DNA of 37,142 nt, taken from positions 1 to 37,142 of the forward strand of contig DRJB01000015.1 of assembly GCA_011052355.1 (NCBI GenBank). The letters are read 5' to 3'. Below are positions 32,510 through 37,142 of the stretch, in pieces (positions within the stretch are counted from its first letter, which is position 1; the number at the start of each line of letters is the position of its first letter). The notes beneath the pieces are model-generated. The model saw only the letters and a program-made list of their open reading frames with translations. It was not told the DNA's origin and did no database searches. The position numbers were made by a program, and so were the translations under genes. This DNA comes from Candidatus Kaiserbacteria bacterium (lineage in GTDB: Bacteria; Patescibacteriota; Minisyncoccia; Phycocordibacterales; Phycocordibacteraceae).

Positions 32510-34164
32510 GATGCTCCAAAAGTAGGTATCTTACTTTTAAGGAAATGATGCACTGCACGTCGCATGTCGCGAAATTCCGAGTTACGCAACAGATAAAGAG
32601 TAACCCCGGCACCGACAAGCCCCACCATACCGGCAATAACGCCCTGCGTGAAGACTGATACAAGAGTGGTCAAAGGTGCGATAGAACCGGCAAATGAAAG
32701 AAAAATTCGCATAAGATATCCGGCAACAACGGCGGCAAGTAGTCCCTGTACAAAAGGACGCAACAATGACCGATTAAATCCCGGCGCTATACGATGAAAT
32801 GAAGCCAGCAACAATACAGCGATGATTATCTGCCCCAACATAATAGCAAATGCAAATATTAATACAATGTTTCCGGGAACATCATGAACGCGAAACAATG
32901 CACCTACCGTTGAAAGCACTATCGGTGCGCGATGTAAATACCACAACCCGCCACCGGCAACAAGTATTGATACCGTTGCTCCAACAAGTTGATATAGCAG
33001 TGGGCGCCATGAATACTGTATCGCATAAAATGCCCGAGAAAGAAGAAATACCAGACCCTGCGCCACAAGAGCGACAACCAATATCGCAAGCACCGCAGCA
33101 ACAAGGCGCGTATCATTCCAATTGAAATGACCGGAGCCCAAGATGACGCGAACTATGTGCGCACGCAACACAATGACGATACCGGCGACGATAAGCGACC
33201 ACACAATGATATGCCGCGATGATGCTGATAACATTTTGGTAAACTCGGTGCGTTTTTCATCTCCGGCAAGTTCTGAGAGTATCGGGAATGCCGCAACCGC
33301 ATATGATGTTCCAATCAGCATAAGTGGCACAGATTCAAGATTGGTGCCAAAGGTAAATACCGATATGGTTCCAGACCCGACACGTGCGGCAAGAGCGGTG
33401 ATAAGCAACACAACCACTGAGCTCACGCCAAGCGCAAGAGTTCTTGGAATTGATTCTCTCATCACAGGCATCATCACCGCTCTTGATGGCCACATTAAAT
33501 GTGGCATGAGTTTCGCCTTCCATAGTACCGGAATATGAATTGCAAGAAATGCAACGGAGCCCAATATCACCCCATACCCTATGCCAATCAATCCAACATA
33601 CGGATAAAACACCACCGCACCTATGATAATACCTATGTTGTATAGAATTGAAGAAAACGAGAATATAATGAACTGCCGGTGAACCTGCGTCACACTTGCA
33701 GCGATACCCGAGAGACCCAGAAGAATCGGTTGCAATAGAAGTAGACGCGCAAGTAAGACAAAGGTATCGCCATATGAAGATGCTATTAACCGTGGGAACA
33801 GTGCGGTGAGGATTTCCGGCGTGAATATCGCAACCACAATCGCAATGACGCCGGTAATGATAAGAAGAAAAGACACGGCATGGGAGATAAGCTCCTTGGT
33901 TTCTTCTTGCGATGCGTTTGTAATGCGAGGGATAAGCACGTATGCGGAAGTAAGCGATGCTACTAACACAAACATAAGGTTCGGTATCTTGAACGCGGCA
34001 TAATAAATATCAAGAGGCGTACTGGCGCCAAATACATGCGCGAATATTCTATCTCGTATCAACGCAAGCACTTGCGATCCCAACGTGAGCATCGCAAGCA
34101 AATACGCAGCCTGATGTAGGCCGCGTATTGGTGTCGCGAATTTCCGTAGGAAATTTCTAACCAT
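32506..34164 (-). CDS. murJ: lipid II flippase MurJ (MviN family)
   Basis: LGSQVLALIRDRIFAHVFGAS..LDIYYAAFKIPN, with about 14 TM segments. Confidence 0.85.
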   Translation of the reverse strand: MVRNFLRKFATPIRGLHQAAYLLAMLTLGSQVLALIRDRIFAHVFGASTPLDIYYAAFKIPNLMFVLVASLTSAYVLIPRITNASQEETKELISHAVSFLLIITGVIAIVVAIFTPEILTALFPRLIASSYGDTFVLLARLLLLQPILLGLSGIAASVTQVHRQFIIFSFSSILYNIGIIIGAVVFYPYVGLIGIGYGVILGSVAFLAIHIPVLWKAKLMPHLMWPSRAVMMPVMRESIPRTLALGVSSVVVLLITALAARVGSGTISVFTFGTNLESVPLMLIGTSYAVAAFPILSELAGDEKRTEFTKMLSASSRHIIVWSLIVAGIVIVLRAHIVRVILGSGHFNWNDTRLVAAVLAILVVALVAQGLVFLLSRAFYAIQYSWRPLLYQLVGATVSILVAGGGLWYLHRAPIVLSTVGALFRVHDVPGNIVLIFAFAIMLGQIIIAVLLLASFHRIAPGFNRSLLRPFVQGLLAAVVAGYLMRIFLSFAGSIAPLTTLVSVFTQGVIAGMVGLVGAGVTLYLLRNSEFRDMRRAVHHFLKSKIPTFGAS

Positions 34165-34169
34165 ACTTG

Positions 34170-36599
34170 CTATTTACCGGATGAGGTTTTGATTGGAGTT
34201 CCGGATGAGAGATTTTTTGCTGATGATTTATGGAACGGATTGACTCCTTTTTCAAGCGCTCCTATAATCGGCGCGATGGTGCGTTCATTGCCGGATGACA
34301 ATTTAACAATCGCCTTAAGCTCTGTAATTGCTTTTTTATAGTCTTTTTTATTTGCATAGGCAACCGCCAGGAAATAATGCGCATTGGCATATTTCGGATT
34401 GATAGTAATGGCACGCTTAAGTACCGGAATGGCTCCCGACATATCTCCCGTTGCTTCACGTAATACTCCAACCTGGAACAAGACATACGGATTATTTGGA
34501 GAGAAGTATGCCGCTGACTGCGCCGCCGTAAGAGCTTCTTTTGCTTTCCCCAACTGTACATCAACTTGCGACAAAAGGAATATGGCTTGCGTATAATTTT
34601 GTTTTAGTGCGATTGCTTTCTTCAGGAAAGAATTAGCATCGGCATATGAGCGATTTTCTACCGCCGCTTGCGCCTGCGTGTACAAGATGAGCGGGCTTAC
34701 CGGATTAAGTGATGCCGCTTTGAAGTATGCCGACTGTGCCGCTACATACGAACCGGATACTTTCAGAGGAATGGCGATTTGATACAGATTTCCAAGCGCA
34801 AACCAGTTTATATATGAATCTGCATTGATACGTATCGCCGCCTGCGCGTTTGCAATTCCCTGTGAAAGGATGCTTTGAATTTGCTTTTGGAATGCGGGAG
34901 ATGTTGATGTTGCCGTTCTTTCAAGCTGGCGTACCGCTGTTGCGGCAATGACCGCGCGAGTACGATAGGCATCGTCACTTTTTGCAAAACGCAATGAGTT
35001 CAGCGCTGATGAATCAGCAGCGGAAATGTTACCCACATAGAGATTTTTTTGTGATTGCGTCAGATATACTTGCGCCGTGTATCTTCCCACAACCATATAT
35101 GCTCCCGCGAGGAATACCAATAAGAATAGCGTCAGGATGAAAATAACGGAAAAACTTGCGCGAGGGCTTTCCATGAAAGAAATGACACGCGTGTTTGAAT
35201 TTTTTCTGTAGCGAAGTGTGGATATAAATATACCCAAGAGAAGAAACCCAAACGCAATTGAGATCGGTCCGGGAACAGTGAATATAAGTTCCAAGAAGAC
35301 AAACAGAGAGCCCAAAAATGCAATGAGCGAAACGGTGCGCAATGAAGTATTTTCATATTCCTTTACAATGAATGAACGAATACCCACGGTGATGAGTGCT
35401 ACCAAAAGGAAGAGCCATGCGATGGTACCCACAATACCGGTGGTGATAAACGAAGTTGGAATAAAGCCAATACCGCCGGTAAAGTTAGTGTTCCAAAATG
35501 GCGTTGCGTTTATAGATTTGTTTCGCAAAAGAAGCCATTGTTTTGTGAACGTGTCGGGACCGGAACCGAAAAGTGCTGTGGTGCCGTACGACGCATGCTC
35601 AATGCGCATGGTTGATTGCCACGAAGGACGCACATTGAGGAAATTGATATGCAGTGTATTTTTCACCGTACCGGAGATTGCCGCTCCGCCCAAGATGAAA
35701 AATAATGAAACTACAAGCACAATAAGCGGAGCGACAATACTGTAAGATGGAGCATCTGTGTCCCATACCATTTCGTGTGTTTCAACATCGGCAACGGCAA
35801 CGCCATCCTCGGTTTCCACCTCTATAAAGGTATCGGCGCGTTGTGAGAAAGGCGTAACACGACGCATGACACTTTCCACAAAAAGTCCCAATGCGGTGAT
35901 ACTCACCAGCACCCATGTAGCAATACTGTACGCAATAATCATGTACAGCAAAGAAAAAGCGAGAAGGACACCAAAATACCATTTCGCTCGGCGCGTAAGC
36001 GGAATAAATCTGAAAGCCAACATCACCATAACTGCCACAAGCCCCGAGAATAGTGTGAGATCAGACCATGACCCGAGCACGGAAAGAAGTGGGGAAATGG
36101 CATTCGGATATATATAATGAACAATGATGAACAATGCTTGTACCACGAAGATAAACATTGCTAAAATTGCGCTGATACGAAGGAAGTGTCGGTAGTGTAC
36201 AGGCATTTCTATGATAAATGCCGCAAGAGTTCCGACCAAACCCATCAGAAACAAAAAACCAAATGTATCCGCCTCAAATGAATGACCGAAAACCGAAATT
36301 GCAAGAGGGGCTCCGGAAAATACGGTGGAAAGACCATAGGCAAGCGGAACGCTCCATAAAGCTCCAATAAGAAGAAGTGGTGGGAGTGATATATTACCGA
36401 CAGAGTATCGTGCCAACACATATAATACGAGTGCCACGATACTACCAAGCGCAAGAATGGTTATCTTTGTTGAGAAGATTGGAAATATGGTATTTGGTAT
36501 TACCACCACTGCCGCGAGAATGAATAATGCTAAGAATATCCATAGAGCTGATTTATCATATGAACGGTCTTGTGATGAAAATGAAAATCTAGAAAACAT
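34170..36599 (-). CDS. O-antigen ligase/polymerase-like polytopic membrane protein with C-terminal TPR repeats
   Basis: Many TM segments, LFGSGPDTF after the large loop, and a C-terminal TPR run (YINWFALGNLY, AEANSFLKKAIALKQNY-like units, ANAHYFLAVAYANKKDYKKAI). Confidence 0.7.
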   Translation of the reverse strand: MFSRFSFSSQDRSYDKSALWIFLALFILAAVVVIPNTIFPIFSTKITILALGSIVALVLYVLARYSVGNISLPPLLLIGALWSVPLAYGLSTVFSGAPLAISVFGHSFEADTFGFLFLMGLVGTLAAFIIEMPVHYRHFLRISAILAMFIFVVQALFIIVHYIYPNAISPLLSVLGSWSDLTLFSGLVAVMVMLAFRFIPLTRRAKWYFGVLLAFSLLYMIIAYSIATWVLVSITALGLFVESVMRRVTPFSQRADTFIEVETEDGVAVADVETHEMVWDTDAPSYSIVAPLIVLVVSLFFILGGAAISGTVKNTLHINFLNVRPSWQSTMRIEHASYGTTALFGSGPDTFTKQWLLLRNKSINATPFWNTNFTGGIGFIPTSFITTGIVGTIAWLFLLVALITVGIRSFIVKEYENTSLRTVSLIAFLGSLFVFLELIFTVPGPISIAFGFLLLGIFISTLRYRKNSNTRVISFMESPRASFSVIFILTLFLLVFLAGAYMVVGRYTAQVYLTQSQKNLYVGNISAADSSALNSLRFAKSDDAYRTRAVIAATAVRQLERTATSTSPAFQKQIQSILSQGIANAQAAIRINADSYINWFALGNLYQIAIPLKVSGSYVAAQSAYFKAASLNPVSPLILYTQAQAAVENRSYADANSFLKKAIALKQNYTQAIFLLSQVDVQLGKAKEALTAAQSAAYFSPNNPYVLFQVGVLREATGDMSGAIPVLKRAITINPKYANAHYFLAVAYANKKDYKKAITELKAIVKLSSGNERTIAPIIGALEKGVNPFHKSSAKNLSSGTPIKTSSGK

Positions 36600-36721
36600 A
36601 TATTTATTTTGTTAATGAAGAACGTGTGATAAGACACGCTATTGATAATAATATTGATTGCCCAAAGTACATACCATTAGTGTACTACAGGTGCATAATT
36701 TTATCTACGCCGTTTTCCACA

Positions 36722-36752
36722 GAAAAAGACCGGGGTATGCCCGGTCTTTTTC
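36722..36752 (-). terminator. intrinsic terminator downstream of rnpB
   Basis: agaccggg-gtatg-cccggtct, flanked by A/T runs. On the minus strand a T-run follows the stem. Confidence 0.6.
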
Positions 36753-36756
36753 GTGT

Positions 36757-37142
36757 ATGAGGGGAATCAATTCTATAAGCCGAGTTCTGTCTTACCATAC
36801 ATATACATGTGTATGGTAAGGACAACCATCTATCTTAGGACCGCCGTTGCCGGACAGCCTCTAGCGGCGCTCTTCCCGCCCCCTTCGCGCGCTTGCGCGC
36901 GAAGGGGGCGGGAAGCACGGCCTTGCACAAAGGTAAGGATTTTGCCGTTTCACCTTCGCAGTCACCATAGCGAAGCTCATCTTCAAACTTTAAAAAAGCT
37001 GAAGATGCCCCGATGTTTCCATCTGACGGGCGTCTCTGCTCGCACCTCTTGTCTCACGACAGACGGGCGTTACCCGCTACCCTGCTCCACCTCTGCACTT
37101 GCGTGCAAGCGCAAAGATGGCTGTGCTCGGACTTTCCTCTCC
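36757..37142 (-). ncRNA. rnpB: RNase P RNA (bacterial type), 5' end cut by the window edge
   Basis: The reverse complement starts GGAGAGGAAAGTCCGAGCACAGCC (conserved GAGGAAAGUCCG, P4 5' strand), then GGGTAACGCCC, and ends ACAGAACTCGGCTTATAG (P4 3' strand). The 3' end is approximate. Confidence 0.85.

Overview
This 37.1-kb chromosomal window reads like an uncultivated small-genome bacterium (CPR/Patescibacteria-like; inference only). The cues are short, tightly packed or overlapping housekeeping genes (S1-domain protein, pth, lepB, rpsU-ybeY-ftsA-ftsZ, trxB, lepA, murJ), a type IV pilin, a giant O-antigen-ligase/TPR membrane protein, an archaeal-style PGI/PMI, and tRNAs without encoded CCA. 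I can support about 40 CDS, 4 tRNAs (Ser-CGA, Glu-UUC, initiator-like Met-CAU, Gly-CCC), an RNase P RNA cut by the right edge, one decayed hydrolase pseudogene and many long perfect hairpins. The stand-out is a visibly AT-rich ~4-kb island (about 15046-18994). It sits between the hydrolase pseudogene and tRNA-Ser and is bracketed by two copies of a ~120-nt palindromic MITE-like repeat. The island carries four genes: an XRE/controller-type HTH gene, a tightly coupled PD-(D/E)xK-like nuclease candidate, a convergent DPPY DNA methyltransferase and a divergently transcribed 2TM-TPR protein. The methyltransferase is fused in frame to a complete, apparently cleavage-competent LexA module (wHTH, Ala-Gly site, S24 Ser/Lys dyad). 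I read this as an R-M-like defence cassette with a possible SOS/RecA-type proteolytic switch, and I do not recognise it as a described system. Other items worth a second look:
- an orphan di-haem cytochrome b-like protein next to DoxX-like and CxxC membrane proteins
- a perfect 60-bp palindrome inside the pth coding region
- a CRISPR-like but non-CRISPR triple hairpin repeat that includes a duplicated CDS 3' end
- about 0.5 kb of GC-rich, hairpin-dense non-coding DNA beside tRNA-Ser
- two sugar clusters: a six-hairpin glycosidase with a sucrose-phosphatase-like HAD enzyme behind trxB, and a mannose/mannoside GH130 operon
All family calls come from motif recognition by eye in the supplied translations. 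No searches were run.
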